Below, in pieces: positions 13,730 to 27,192 of a stretch of DNA of 64,000 bases. The position numbers and the translations under genes were made by a program. Source of the stretch: Prorocentrum cordatum (lineage: Eukaryota). The notes below the pieces were generated by a model. The model worked only from the letters and a program-made list of their open reading frames with translations. It made no database searches and was not told the origin of the DNA. Every line of letters starts with the position of its first letter. The first letter of the stretch is position 1. The DNA lies in NCBI GenBank assembly GCA_963575745.1, contig CAUYUJ010000251.1, positions 1 through 64,000 of the forward strand. Direction: 5' to 3'.

Positions 13730-14830
13730 CATGGCCCCAAGATGGCCCCCGAGGCTCCCAAGGGTGCCCCGAGGGGGCCCCAAGAGGTGCCCAAGAGGCC
13801 CCAAAGGTCCCCCCCGCCAGAGGCCTCCAAGATGCCCCCCAGAGGCTCCCAAGAGACACCCAAGACGCCTCAAGAAGCACCCACGACGCCCCAAGAGGCC
13901 TCGGCGAGAAGGCCAACATCGCTGATTGTACTAAGGATTTGGCCACATTTGGGCCTCCTGGGGGGGACCCTTACGCATTACGGTCCCTCCTTTGAACGAT
14001 CTCTTCCAAGATGGCCCCAGAATGGCAAGGGTGCCCCAAGACTGCCCCAAGCGGAGCCCAGGAGACCCCAAGAGGCCCCCAAGATGAGCCCAAGAGGCTC
14101 CCAAAAGATTCCCAAGACGCCCCCAAAGCCCCTCCCCCCCCCCCGGGGCACCCATGACGCCCCAAAAGGCCTCGGCGAGAAGGCCAACATCAGTGATTTT
14201 ACTGACGTGATGGCCACGTGTTGGCCTCCTCGGGAAGACCTTAGTTGAGGAGCCCCCTTTGATCGATCTTCTCCCATATGGCCCAAGATGGCCTCCGAGA
14301 CTCCCAAGGGTGCCCCAAGAGGGCTCCAAGAGGTGCCCAAGAGGCCCCAAAGGCCCCCCCCCCAGAGGCAGGCCCCCAAGATGAGCCCGAGAGGCTCCCA
14401 AGAGACCACCCAAACGCCCAAAGAGCCCCCCCAGAGGCACCAAAGATGCCCTCAAGAGGCCTCGGTGAGGAGGCCAGCATCATTGATTGTTTCTTACGTT
14501 TTGGCCACATTGTGGCCTCCAGGGGGAGGGGGCCTGATTAAGGAGCCCCCCTCCTTTGAACGATCTCTTCCAAGATGGCCCCAGGATGGCCTCCGAGGCC
14601 CCCAAGGGTGCCCCAAGACGGCCCAAGAGGTGCCCAGGAGGCCCCAAGAGGCCACCGAGAGGCCCCCAAGATGCCCCCCCAGAGGCTCCCAAGAGACCCC
14701 CAAGAGGCCCCCCCTGCGGCACCCGAGACGCATCAAGGCCCTTCCAGACATCCAAGAGACTCCCAAGACGCTTCAGAAAATACCCGAGAAGCTCTCGGAA
14801 ACAATCCGGAGAGGCTCCGAGAGGCATCCA
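13730..14830 (+). repeat. CCCAAGA-rich degenerate satellite with ~270-300 bp sub-periodicity
   Basis: Recurrent GGCCCCAAGATGGCC/CCCAAGAGGC words. GGCCTCGG(C/T)GAG(A/G)AGGCCA(A/G)CATC recurs at ~13898, 14168 and 14458. Confidence 0.8.
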
Positions 14831-15034
14831 CGAAACCTCTGGTCTTTCTGCTCGCCCTCCTCCTCCTCCTCCTCCTCCTCTTCTTGGGTGTGGCTTCCAC
14901 CTGTTCCCAAATGCTAGGTAAACAATGGTAATACTTTGCCCGTGTCCTGATGGACAGACGCCCTTGACAACCCTCCTTTTCCTCATCCGCCTGTTCTTCC
15001 TGCTTCCTCCTGAATTTTCTCCCTCCCCTTCTCC

Positions 15035-15065
<31 letters not shown>

Positions 15066-17379
15066 TCCTTCTTCTCATCCTCCTGGTCCTCCTCCATCCC
15101 CCCCGTTCTTGGCGTAAGACATCTTGTCCACCTCTTTATTCCACTGGTGAGCCTTTCTGGGTGGGCTGGTGGGGTGACGCGAAATGTCTAGAATCTGGTT
15201 GACTCAAAATATGGAGCATGCGCGGGTGCCCCGTGACCACGCTGCGTTGGTTTCTGATACAGACATGGGGTCGCCAACACATTGCCTGCTACGCGTACTG
15301 TAGGCCGGAACTTCCCCACCATCCGTGGCATAAAACAAATACCCCAACGAAACACCCGAATAACAACTAAGGTGTGGCGGCGGGTGGACGCCTCGTCGGC
15401 TTGCGAAAACGATCCCATCATATTTTCGATGCGATAACGGAATTTATCTTGCTGACGTTCGTGGTGTCGACATGATGGCACGCACGCGCTTGGAATGACA
15501 TTACGTGCGTAACGACACCACTCTGGGCAGCCAGAATGGTGAGAAACCGGTGGCCCTCCCACACTTGCTGGACCTAGGACGCCTGGAATGGTGAGGACCC
15601 GATGCCCCTGCCACAATTTCAGGACCTGCGACGGCTGAGATCGAGCAGGAGCACCAGAGTGAGTCTCATTTCTGGACCTGCGAAGGCTGAAATCGAGCCA
15701 GGACATTCGCCCCCCCGCCCCCTGTGGAGATTCGTCTTGGATCGAAATCGAGCCCAGACACCGTAGTGAGTAGTCCTGGACCAAATCGAACCAAAACACC
15801 ATAGTGAGTCTCATTTCTGGATCTGGAAGGGTTGAAAACGAACCACTGCACGATAGGGGGCTGGCCGCATTGCAAGAACGAGTCGAACTAGAACACTAAA
15901 GCGAGTCTCATTTCTCGATCTGCGAGGGCTGACATCGAGCCAACATTCGCGCCCCCAAAATGGGACAATCTATAATCACATAACTCAAACACATCGGATT
16001 CGAGCCACATGAGAAGGCCGATCACTAGGCATCGACGACAACGTATGAACATTCGAGCCGCAGCAGAGGTGGTGCGAGGGCTCAGGAGGTCCATGAGCGC
16101 CCGGAAGCCAGAAAACGTCAACACGCTGACGTCAGATACGCATGAATTCCTGGCCTTCCGTCCCGGGGCCTGGGGAGGGCTCGGGAGGCCCCGGGGAGAG
16201 CCGCCCAGGGTCCTAGAAATCCACGAACACCGGAACAAAAATCAACCTCCGACCTCCGACCGTCCGTCCCAGGACGCGGGGAAGCCTCGGGAGACACACG
16301 CACGGGCGGTACCGTAGCTTTGACCGTGCATTGGAAGTCGTAAAGATCATCGCCGGGCGGGCCGCCCGACTTCCCATCCCCCTGATGCAAAGCTTAGGAT
16401 ACCGACGAACGACGACGGCAATGGACATCATCGGTGATGTCGTCGCGTCGCGACGTTGCTCAGCTTTGCGTCGCTGGGGGGAACGGGGGGGGGGGAGCGC
16501 GGGCTTCGCGTTCGCACTGCGACAGATTCGGCTACCGCCGCATGGGCGCGCCGTGGCGTTTCTGCTACGATCGCTTTCCGAACGGCGCAATCTGCGGCAG
16601 CGCGGTCGACAGTTTTTGTACCCGGCAAGGGCCAAGACTGTCCGCGGCGTCACCAAAGCCTCGTGGTGGGAGAAGTGCAAGGGGCGGAGATCTGGCTCGG
16701 CGGCTCAATGCTGCGCGGTCGCTTTCACGCGCGCCCTGGACGCTTCGCTTGGCGCCGCGCAACTGGCGTTGCAGCCTGCATGGGGAATGCGCCGCGCGAC
16801 GTGCGCGCGACGCAGCGAACTGATTCTGCAGGTTGATACCGCCACTCGCCCTAGCCAGCGCGGGGGCGCCCCCTGGCGTCGCTTTCGCGGAGGAGCCGAC
16901 GGAAGCCGCATAGGAGCCGATAGAAACCGCGCAGAAACCGCCCCAACCAAGTAAAAGTAAAGTTTACAACTTTGTAAGGTGTGCGGCGGTTTCTGCAAAA
17001 TGCAGTTTCTGCGCGCTTTCTACACGGTTTCTCTCGTTTCCTGCACGGTTTCTACAACGAAGAAGCAGCGGCGGCGTTCGGCTTCATTTAAAACTGGAAT
17101 GGGAAAGCGGCTGGCCAGCCACTTTCCTGTTCTATTCTGAATTTCGAGCGGGAACGGTCCGACGACGGCGACAACCGAGGGCCGCCTGGGACGCTGGCGA
17201 TGCGGTGGCGCCACTGGGCGCCCCCGCGCCGCGTCGTGTCGAAACGTGATCGGATCTACGCAAGGCGGACATATCACATGTGCACCTGGTCGACGCAGTG
17301 CGTTATCGAGCTCTGATGCGCGCGAGAAGAAAAACGACCATCCGCGCGAGATGATGCGTTGAGAACGCGCACAGGCTCC

Positions 17380-20300
17380 CAAGACGTCCCATGAGGCCCC
17401 CAAGACGGCCCAAAAGGACCCCTAGAAACCCTCAGGCGGCCCCGAGAAACCCCCAAGATGGCGCCCGAACGGGCTCGACGGCGCAATATTGCCCGAAGAC
17501 GGCCCAACACTCCCCCAAGAGACCTCCAGGAATCCCCCTGAGGAACAGGCCGCCAAGAAGCCCCCAGGAGCCCTCCAAGAGCGGCCCCACAGGTCTCCAA
17601 TGGATTGGACTGGACACGTCCAGCAGGCCCCCAAGAAGCCCCCAGGAGTTCCCCAAGTGGGGCCGAAGAGGACTGGACAGACCCCGAGCAGCTCGAAGTC
17701 CACGTCCGGAGGTGACGTGCTGAGCGGCAGCATTTTTCGGCGAAGGCCTTAATGCAACGTATCAATTGTATCTGATAATTGTAGAATTGCTACATAGATT
17801 GTATTGTATTAGATTATTATGACCCCCCCCTGACACCCCTTGGCGTCGCGCCACTCCGCAGGCCCAAGGTTTCCCCCCCCCCTTCTCGCGCCCTCGAAAC
17901 CGTAGAAAAAACTAAAGGAAATCTGCGATTTGGGCCTCTTGGGCCTCTTGGGAGCTTTAGACTGCTGCTGCAAAATTGCCCAGGATGGCCTCGGGGCCGG
18001 TCCAGACAACCCGACAACAGCCCAAAATGGCCCATCCAGGATTCATGAGGCCCTCCAGACAGCCAAAGAGGGCCCCAAAAACACCCACAACGGCGCCTCC
18101 ATAATCGAAATTCACTGGTTTCCCGATATATTTTGACAGATTTTATCGCTCTCGCCTGCTTCGACTCTCAAAAACCAACGACGGTCAACGCAGCGGCCAA
18201 AATTGCCCCAAGAAGACCCAAGACCCACCAAAAGGGGCCCAAAACAGCCCCGTACCGACCAAAGACGGCCCCCAACGCGGTCCAGGAGAGACGGCCCAAA
18301 AGGACTCCAAGAACGTTCCAAGGCGGCGCGAGAAGCCCGCAAGACGGCCTCTGGAGGTATCAGACGGACTCAAAATCCGCCAAGGCGGCCCCCAAACGGA
18401 CCGACATGACCCCACGAGGCCGTGCGCGAAAAACTTCACAGAGGCCAAGAACTCCCCCAAAAAAACTCACTGTGGTGCGCGAGAACACCCTTGCGCATCG
18501 CACGGGAACCTTCATCAAACAGCTCCGCAAGCTGGTACTCTGTGCATGTGCGACGCTTGTACAGGCGGTCCTTCGACAAAACGCTGAAATGCTGCACCTA
18601 ATTAGCTCGATGCACGCGGTGAGGTCCAGCGCACCTCGCTGCAGAGCTGGGCACAGGAGCGGTCCCCGAGCCGGCTCCCGAAGGATCCATGCGACCCTAG
18701 CGCGCCCGAAGACTGTCTCCCAAAAGTCAGCCAAGTCTCATGAAATCGATGCCTACAAGAAACGCCGAACATCTTCCAAAACGACCCAAACGCTTGCGCT
18801 CTCCGCAATCCGGACGAGCACCCCGCGAAGCGAAAGGAATCCACGTCCGGAGGTGACGTGCTGAGCGGCATCGTTTTCCGGCGAACGCCTTACTGCAACG
18901 TATCCAATGTATCCGATGATTGCATACTTGCTTTAGATTGTTCCCCAATCAGAGCTTGCCTCTGTAGGGGTCCTAGCAGATTCATATGGTTAGGTGAGGT
19001 GCGGTGCCGATTTGGTGGCCAGCGGCCGGGTGCCCGGGTGCCCGGGGGTGCCCGGGTGCCCGGGTGCCCGGGTGTCCGGGTGCCCGGGCGTGCCCGGGGG
19101 TGCCCGGGTGCCCGCCCGGTAGCCCTATAGGGCTACGGGTAGCCCTATAGGGCTACCGGCAGCCCTATAGGGTTATAAAGCTATATATATAGCCTTATAA
19201 CCCTAGAGCCTTATAGCCTTATAGCCCTATAGCCCTCTAGACCTATAGCCCCAATAACTTTACAACCCTATAGCCCTAATAGCTCCATAGCTTTATACCG
19301 CTATAACCCTATAGCCCTATAGCCCTCTAGCTCTCTGGCCCTCTATCCCTATAGCCCTATAGCCTTATAGCCCTACAGCCCTTTAACCCCATAACCCGAT
19401 ATCCTTAAACAGATTATGATTGGGTTTTTCTCAGGTGTCATAATGTGTTACGTTTTAATGTCTCCCCCCTACCCCCCCCAGGGCCACGCCACATCCACCG
19501 TTCCAAAGATGGTGGACCCCTTCTGGGCTTCAAAAACCTTCCAAGCCGCTGGGAAATCGATGATTTCGGCCCCGTGGTACTCCGGGGGGCCCAAGAGGGC
19601 TTCAAAATGGCTCACGATGGTTTCTAAACGCCCACGACGGCCCCGAGACGGCCCAAGATGGCCCCAAGAGGGGCCCCAAAACGCCCAAGACGGCCCAAGA
19701 GGGCCCCGGAGAAGCCCCACTAGCGCCTCAGCAAATCCAAACCATTGAATTTCCGAAAAAGATTTTGAAGGATTTTCGCGTTCTCGTTCCTTTCGACTCT
19801 TGACGACCCAACCAGCCTTCAAAATCGCACCATGACGGCTCAAGAAGCGCCCGAGAGGGCCCCAAGACGGCCCAAAGAGGTCCCCAAGACGGCCCAAGGG
19901 ACCCCCGAGACGGCCCAAAAAAACCCCAAGAGAGCCCCCAGGCGGCCGCGAGAGGCCTCCAATACGGCCTCCGCAGGGGCCAAACGGCGCAACAGCGCCC
20001 AATACGGCTCAAGACGCCCCCAGGAGTCCAAAGAGACCCCAAAGAAGTCCCCAAGAGACTCCAGAAAACCCCCAAAACGACTTGACTGTACGCACTCCTG
20101 ACGTGCACCCCGCGAAGCGATGGGGAATCCACGTCCAAAAGTGACGTGCTGAGCGGCAGCGTTGTCTGCGGAAGCGATAATGCAGCGTGTCCAATGTGCC
20201 CAGTGATTGCACAATTGCATAGTATCCCGTTCTTACATAATTGGTGCAAATTGTATTGTGTTACGTTCTAATGTCTCCCCCCTAACCCGCCAGCGCTACG

Positions 20301-22540
20301 CCACATCCGTCGACGACCCCCTCCCGGGGCCCAAAAACCTACCCCAACCCTACAGAAAATATATGATTTCGGCCTGTTCGCCCTCTTGGGGTGCCCAAGA
20401 GGGCGTCATGACGGCTCTATATGGCCTCAAGACGGGCGAAGACGCCCCCAACACGGACCAGGATGGCCCCGAGAGGGCTGAAAAAGCCCCCAAGACGCCC
20501 CAAGAGGGCCCCAAGAGGACCCCCAAGAGCGCCTCCAGAGGCCAACATTACTGATTTCCCATTGGGTTTTTAAGGATTTTGACGTTCTGGCCCTTCTCGA
20601 CTCTCAGAGGCCCATGGCGGTCCAAGCAGCCTCCGAAATCGCCCCAAGACGGCCCAAGAAGCCCAGAAGAGGATCCAAAGACAGCCCAAGAAGACCCCAA
20701 TATGGCCCAAAAAGGCCCCCCAAACGGTCCCAGAGGCCCGCAAGACGGCCCAAGAGCACCCCAAGATCGCTCAAAGGCGGCCCCGAGAGGTCCTCAAGAC
20801 AGCCTCCGAAGGGGCGGAACGGCGCAGAAACGCTCCAAGACGGCCCAAGATGCTCCCAAGAAGCCCCAAGAGGCGCCTAAGAGGCCTCCAAGAGGCCCCC
20901 AAAAGGCCCCCCAAAGGCCTCCAAGAAGCCTCCAAGAGGCCCCAAGAAACCAACCAAAACGGTTCATCACACCCCCAAGAGACCTCCAGGAATTCCGCAG
21001 AGGCTTCCAAGGGAGCCTCCAACAGGCCCCCAAGAAGCCCCCAGGAGTTCCCAAGGGTGGCTCCAGAGGTTTCCAAAGAACTGGATTGGACATACTCCGA
21101 GCAGCTCACAGAGGCCCTCCAAAGGCCCCAATGGCGTTGGCAGCGCCCCAGTTCGGGCAGAACGACACGGCAGACCGGCGCGACAGACGTGCAGGGAAAA
21201 CCACCAGACGCCCAGTCTTTACGTAGTCCGGACGTGCACCCCGCGAAGCGAGAGGAATCCACGTCCAGGAATGATTTGCTGCTGGAGGCGGGCCGCGCAG
21301 CGGTGCGGAAGCCCTAATGCAACGTATCCCACGTATCCAACGATTGCATAATTGCCACATCTTTTATTGCGTTACATTATTCTGTCTCCTTCTGAATCCC
21401 ACCCCAAGGGCCACGCCCCATCTGTTGACCCATCGTGGTGACCCCCATTTGGGGCCAATGGGTCCGGAAACATACAAAAACCGATGGCAAATACATGATT
21501 TAGGCCCCTTGGGCCTGTTGGGGGTCCGAGAGTGCGCCAAGACGGCTCAACATGACCTCGACACGGGCCAAGACGACCCCATGACGGTCCAACATGGCCC
21601 CAAGAGGGCCCCCCACAAAAACCTTAAGAGGGCCCCAGAAGGCTCTCCGAAAGCGCCCTCAACAAAGGCCAACATGTTCCAGCACGCTTTTAAAAGGATG
21701 TTAGTGTTCTCGCCTTCTTGTTCGACCTCAGAGGCCCATGGCGGCCAAAGCAACCTCCGAAGTGGCCCCAGAACGGCCCGAGAAGCCGCCAAGAGGGCCT
21801 CACGACGGCCCACAGAGGACCCAAAGAAGGTCCAAGAGGCCCCCGAGACTGTTCAGAGGAGCCCAAGAGTGTCGATCTCGGATCGGTTCGTCGATCGAGG
21901 ATCGCATCTTTTCCCGGAAGGGCGCCCTGGCTCAAGGGCCCTAAACAGGGCCCCAATGCGGCCGCGAGAGGCCCACTGGACGGGCTCCGAACGGGGGGGA
22001 ACTGCGCAAAAACGCACCAAGACGGCACAAGACGCTTTGTAGAGGCCCCCAAGAGGCCTGAAGCCCCAAGGAGGCCTCCTAGAGGCTCCCCACAGGCCCC
22101 CAAGAGGCCTCCAAGAGGCCCGCAAGAGGCCCCAATATGCCACCAAAAGGCAAATGAAACTGTATACGAATAGCACGTTGTTGCTATGCTCATCGGAATT
22201 TGAACTTGGCGTTGCTTCTTGCCTCTGAAGAGACCGTGCAGCGCGGAAGCGCCCGAAAACTGCCCAAGACGCGCCAAAGGGCCCCCAAGACTCAAGACCC
22301 AAGACGGCCCAAGACGCATATGCCATCCAGAGACCAGGATGACGCGCGACAACATGGCGCCGTCTTTGTGCCCGACCCGCTTCCCAGCAAGGACACGGTA
22401 AGTACCCGCGACGACAGACCCGCGCTCGACGAAGCTCATGCAAACGGCGAGGGCTCCATCCCCGACGCAGCGGAGCTGAAGCCCTAATGCAACGTATCCC
22501 ATGTATCCAATGATTGTACACTTGCCACATATTGTATGGT
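17380..22540 (+). repeat. Degenerate ~1.1-1.3 kb macro-repeat (CCCAAGA-rich body plus conserved ~100 bp box)
   Basis: The box TCCACGTCCGGAGGTGACGTGCTGAGCGGCA...TAATGCAACGTATCCAATGTATCC recurs at ~17699, 18840, 20128, 21258 and (partial) 22485. Confidence 0.75.
19025..19400. repeat. Adjacent short tandem repeats (GTGCCCGG)n and (AGCCCTAT)n
   Basis: 8-9 bp units directly visible. Confidence 0.9.
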
Positions 22541-22694
22541 GTCACATTGATTATCCGACCGATCGTGGCGGACCCCTTCCGGGCCTCAAAACCTACACAA
22601 CTTTATGGAATATCGATGCTTCGGGCCCCTTGGATCTATCGGGGGTCCAAGACGGCCTCAAGACGGTCTCAACACGGCCTCAAGACGGCTCAAG

Positions 22695-23480
22695 GCGAAA
22701 GCTGCGGCCGCTCGAGCGGAATCCCTTCGCCGCGCGCGAGAAAAACAATGCCGAGGCACGGTGGCCCGACGGGGTTCTGGGCGACCGCCGTGGCGCGCCG
22801 CCCTGTCCTAGCTCTGCCCCCCCCCCCCTCCCCCTGTGCGCGCCGCCGCGAGCGTGAGCCGGCCGAGACCCTGCCAGCGGCTACCGCAGAAGCACGGTTG
22901 GCCAGCGGATCGCGCGCCGAAAGGGCTCGCGGCATGAGCGGAAACTCTCGGAGTTCCGCGCGGATTGGATCGACGACTTTCCGAATGAAAAGTATTGTCA
23001 CGAATGGAAAACCAAGGCGATGGAGACTCTCCATCTCATTCGGTGAATGGAGAGAGGCTGCCGACTGCAGATCAAGAGCTCAACTCCTCCAGAGAGGAGC
23101 ACCATGTACGAGGCTGAGAAGGACCTGAAAGTGAGAGGATGACGGCGAAGCCGTTTGTCTGCAATGTTTCGCAAACCGCCTCAGACTGTGTATATTCTCC
23201 CCAGCACCGACTTCCAAAAAGAGACCAGCTCAACGGGGGCCTCCAGGAGCTTGGTCTCCAAGAAATCTGCTCTGGTGAAAATTGCGGCCGCTCAAGCGAA
23301 ATCCATTCGCCGCGCGCTCGAAAAAGAATGCCGAACCACGGTGGTCTGGGCGGCAGCTGTGGCGCGCCGCCCTGTCCTAGCCCTGGTCCAACGATGTATC
23401 CCTGTTGCCCCCCCACCCCCCCGTCTCCCTGGGCGCACCGCCGCGAGCGTGAGCAAGCCGAGACCCTGCCTGCGGCTCCT
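22695..23480 (+). repeat. Diverged direct repeat pair (~190 bp)
   Basis: GCGGCCGCTC(G/A)AGCG...GTGGCGCGCCGCCCTGTCCTAGC...CGCCGCGAGCGTGAGC...GCCGAGACCCTGCC at 22695-22880 and 23277-23475. Confidence 0.75.
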
Positions 23481-24179
23481 GGAGAGACACGGCGGCCCAG
23501 CGGCGCCCGTTGCTCCCGTCAGGCACATCGTGCTCTCCTTGCGACTGCGGGGGCCATTTCCGTAGACCAGGAAGGGAGCATGTATACACATGAAAACTGA
23601 GGACACGCTTCTGGGGCCATGCTGGGGCCATGCTGAAGCGCTCTGGGTCCATCTCCGATCAGCTGGAACCACGCAGGGAAATCTTGGACCATTCTGGGGG
23701 CATCTTCAGCCGTCTGGAAGCTCTAGAAACCCTACTAATAAGGAGGCCAGGGGCGCCCATGCCAATTGGTGGCAGCCATCCGGACCCCTCCCCGACCACT
23801 CCCAGGACGACAATAACGAATAATAATCATATAATCAGCAACAATAACTACTATTAATTATAAACAAGAGAAGAATAGGAATACAGTTAATACTAAAAAT
23901 AATGTTCCTGATCGTGACGATAAGAAAAGGAGTCAGAATAATACGACTACTAGTAATAATCAACATACTAAGAATAATAAGAACGGGGGAAAAAAGAAAC
24001 ATAAACATTTGGTGAGACGGCTGCCCCTCGAAAAACCGCCGGTGGCCGTTTGGGTTTCAACTTCTGAATGTGTCCAGCAATGGCCACGAGAGGGTGTCCT
24101 GAAGGCCGAGAAGATCAGGAAACGTCTGACGACCCTTTTGGACCGTCTCGGGGCCTCAATTTCCCCATTGAGCGCGGTT

Positions 24180-25745
24180 CTTTATATTCGGCGATGACGG
24201 GCGTCATGGGGGGGGGGGGCGGGGGGGGGGGAATGTTACATAACGCTCCCCCCCCCCCCGCCGTGTGGCTCCGGCACCACATCCGCGCCCGCGCGCACGA
24301 CGCGACTAGCGACGAGCGACGACGACGACGACGACGACGCGACCAGCATGTTGGTGGCGATTTGCCCCACTGCGCCTGCGTACACCACAACGCTCGCGTG
24401 CACCACAGCGCGTGTGCACCACAGCGCCTGCGTACACCGCAACACCGCAACACCGCGTATACCTGTGTACACTCGTGCTTGCGTACGCTACAGCGCCGGT
24501 GTGCATGTGCACACCGCAGCAACCATGTGCAAAACAGCGCCTGTGTACACCACAATGCTCGCGTGCACCGCAGCGCCTGTGCACGCCACAACGCCTGTCT
24601 CACCACAACATCCGTGTGCAACGCAGCGCTGGTGTACACCACAGTGCCTGCGTGCATAGGACAAGTAGAACGAGCATGTACGTATGTGAGGATCTGCTGC
24701 GGACAACTAAACGCCACGCCAGGAAAGTGCTGATTATCGAATGCGACGTTTTTCCCTCCTCCATCCTCCTCCACCTCCACCTCCACCTCCTATTCGTCCT
24801 CCTCTTCCTCCTCCCCTTCCTCCTCCTCCTTACCCCCTGTCGTGCGGGTTGGCGCTACAACGCACCTGCGCATCTCAGCGTGCACCGCAGAATTGTGTAT
24901 TGAATCGGTCCACTTGGTTCTCGGACGGCCAATTGAGCTGGAGCCTCCTGGACGCAGATGGGAGGCGTTAGGGTGGTGCGGGCGGACTCGGGAGGACTCG
25001 TAGATTCCAGCGGCGCTCTTTTGTCCATAAGTATTCCTTTCCATTGTTTTCAATGGAATCTACAAACGCTCGATTTTGTCATGAGGATTCCTTCTAACAT
25101 TCTATATACAACAGTGGCGCTGTGTTGCACACGGTTGCTGTGGTGCACACAGGCGCCGTGGTGTACACGGGCACTGCAATGCACGCAGGCAGTGTGGTGT
25201 ACACTGGTGCTATGTTGCACACGGCTGATGTGGTGTACGCAGGCGCTGTGGTGTAATTACACAGGAGCTGTTGCGCCCGCAGGCACGGTGGCACACATTG
25301 GCACTGTGTTGCACGCGGCTGCTGTGGTGTACACAGGCGCGCTGTGGTGCACGCGCATGCACTGTGGTGTACACAAGCGTTATGGTGCAGATCGCTACCT
25401 ACATGCTGGTGCTACCCGTCCTCCGCCATTCCAAAGCATTTCCAGACGCCGCCGGCCTGACACGCGACGTCATCGCCCCCCTCCAACCCCCCAAATGATT
25501 GCCGTCATCGGCCCAGAATAAAAAATAGGCTCCAGCCGCGTCCGCGCGCACGACGACGAGAGCGACGAGCGACGAGCGACGACGACGAGGACGAGGACGA
25601 CGACTGCGGACCAAACTCCTATGCGGATTCCCACGCGGACACCTACGCGGATCCCAATGCGCACGGCGGCAGTGCCCGGAGCGCACTGGGGGGGGAACGT
25701 TTACGTCATAAGGGAGGGGGGCGGGGGCCATGACGCCCGTCATGC
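24180..25745. mobile_element. Foldback-like element: perfect 16-bp outer inverted repeat plus inverted arms made of ~18-bp subrepeats
   Basis: ATGACGGGCGTCATGG (24194-24209) versus CCATGACGCCCGTCAT (25728-25743). Arm 24342-24650 (CACCACAGCGCCTGTGTA-like units) is inverted at ~25110-25410. Confidence 0.65.
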
Positions 25746-26318
25746 CCCAAGCAACAAAGAAACGGGCTCATCTTTAGTCGAGGTCCTGGCCTGGGGGGAT
25801 TGGGCGTCTTGGAGGCCTCTTCGGGCCTCTTGGGAGCGCTCTCGGGGGGCTTTGGGGGGTAGATTTCGGGCCTCTTGGGAGCCTCTTCGGGGCCTCTTGG
25901 GGCCCTCTTGGGGCCTGTTGGGGGCCTCTTGGGGGCCTGCCGGTGCCTCCTGGGGGCCCCTCGGGGCCGAAGATTCGAAATGTCCGCTCGGGCCCCCCAT
26001 CTGGGCCCCCTCTTGGAACCGTCCTTGCGGCCTCTCTGGCGGGCTGGGCGCCCCTTGGGCTGTCTTGGAAACCTCTGGGAGCCGGCCGCGCCGGCCGCGC
26101 CGGCCGCGCAGGCCCCGCGGCTCGAACCGAGTGCGCGGAGGGAGGAGGAGGAGGAGGAGGAGGAGGAGGAGGAGGAGGAGGAGGAGGAGGAGGAGGAGGG
26201 TAACGAGCTCTACGCAACACATCCACCGCCCGAGGCCTGGCCCCTGCTGGGCCCAGGAGGGGTGTCTGTGCATCCCTGCGCGGCGAAGCCAGGACGAAGA
26301 CAGATTCGGATGAGGATA

Positions 26319-26513
26319 TCGGGTCGGGCGAAAGGGGGGGATAGCAAAGGGGGGGTTTGAGAATCAGCGCACGTAGCTGATTTTCCGGGCGCCTCCCGGC
26401 GCCGGAGGCGGCTATGTATCGAGGAATGGGCCCCTCGGTGAGGCCGAAACCAACTGCATGCAGCAAATTTCGTAACCCCCCCTTTCCCAATCCCCCCCTT
26501 TCGCCCGGCCCGA
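26319..26513. mobile_element. 195-bp MITE, TCGGG...CCCGA termini, 5-bp TSD GGATA
   Basis: ~38-bp TIRs (TCGGGTCGGGCGAAAGGGGGGGATAGCAAAGGGGGGG / CCCCCCCTTTCCCAATCCCCCCCTTTCGCCCGGCCCGA). GGATA at 26314-26318 and 26514-26518. Confidence 0.85.
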
Positions 26514-27192
26514 GGATACCTGGAGAGCCTCTGGGATCCGGCGGGTGTAGAGGACGTCTCGGGCGAAGCGCCCTTCTCGGAGCATTCTGGAAACAGCGTT
26601 CCGGAACGCTCTGGGGCGGTTTTGTCCAGGCGGTGGACATGAATAGATCCCGTCACCCCAGCACGGGTGAAGGAGGGGGCCGCGCGCGAGCTGTACAACC
26701 CCTGAGACCCGGGCATTGCAGTCTGTTCGCGCCCGGGCGAGGAGGAGAAACGAGACTCACGCACGATGGCACAACGACCTTAAGCGCGCGGGCCGCCAAC
26801 GCGGCACGCCGCAGCCGAAACGAGGGCGCTTCCGCACGATATTACGCGGGCAGCTTGCGCGCTGGTGTTGGCGAAAACGACACCGCTCCCCTCCGTCGCT
26901 CGCCCGGCGCTTTCGCCTGGTCCCAGGTCCCCGGGGCCTTCACATATCGATCTGGCTCTAGTCGGCTGCGAGCGAGGGGGTGGGAGTGAGAAGGGGGCAG
27001 GGCCGGGCTCAGAGGTCTCCTCGCCTTCTGAAAAGTTATCTGGGCCTTCCCCGCCGGAGGCCTTCTGAGAAGACCTTTTCCTTCTCATCTCCTTCCTTCG
27101 CTCGCCGCCGATTTGGGGCTCCGGTCGTGCGTTTCAAACTGTCGCAAATTTTTCGAAGCGTCGGATTCCAGGGAATACGCGGAAAGACGGCT

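Noticed and set aside
13552..22545. Many Pro/Arg/Gly-rich ORFs
   Set aside because: They are products of CCCAAGA-rich satellite lacking stops.
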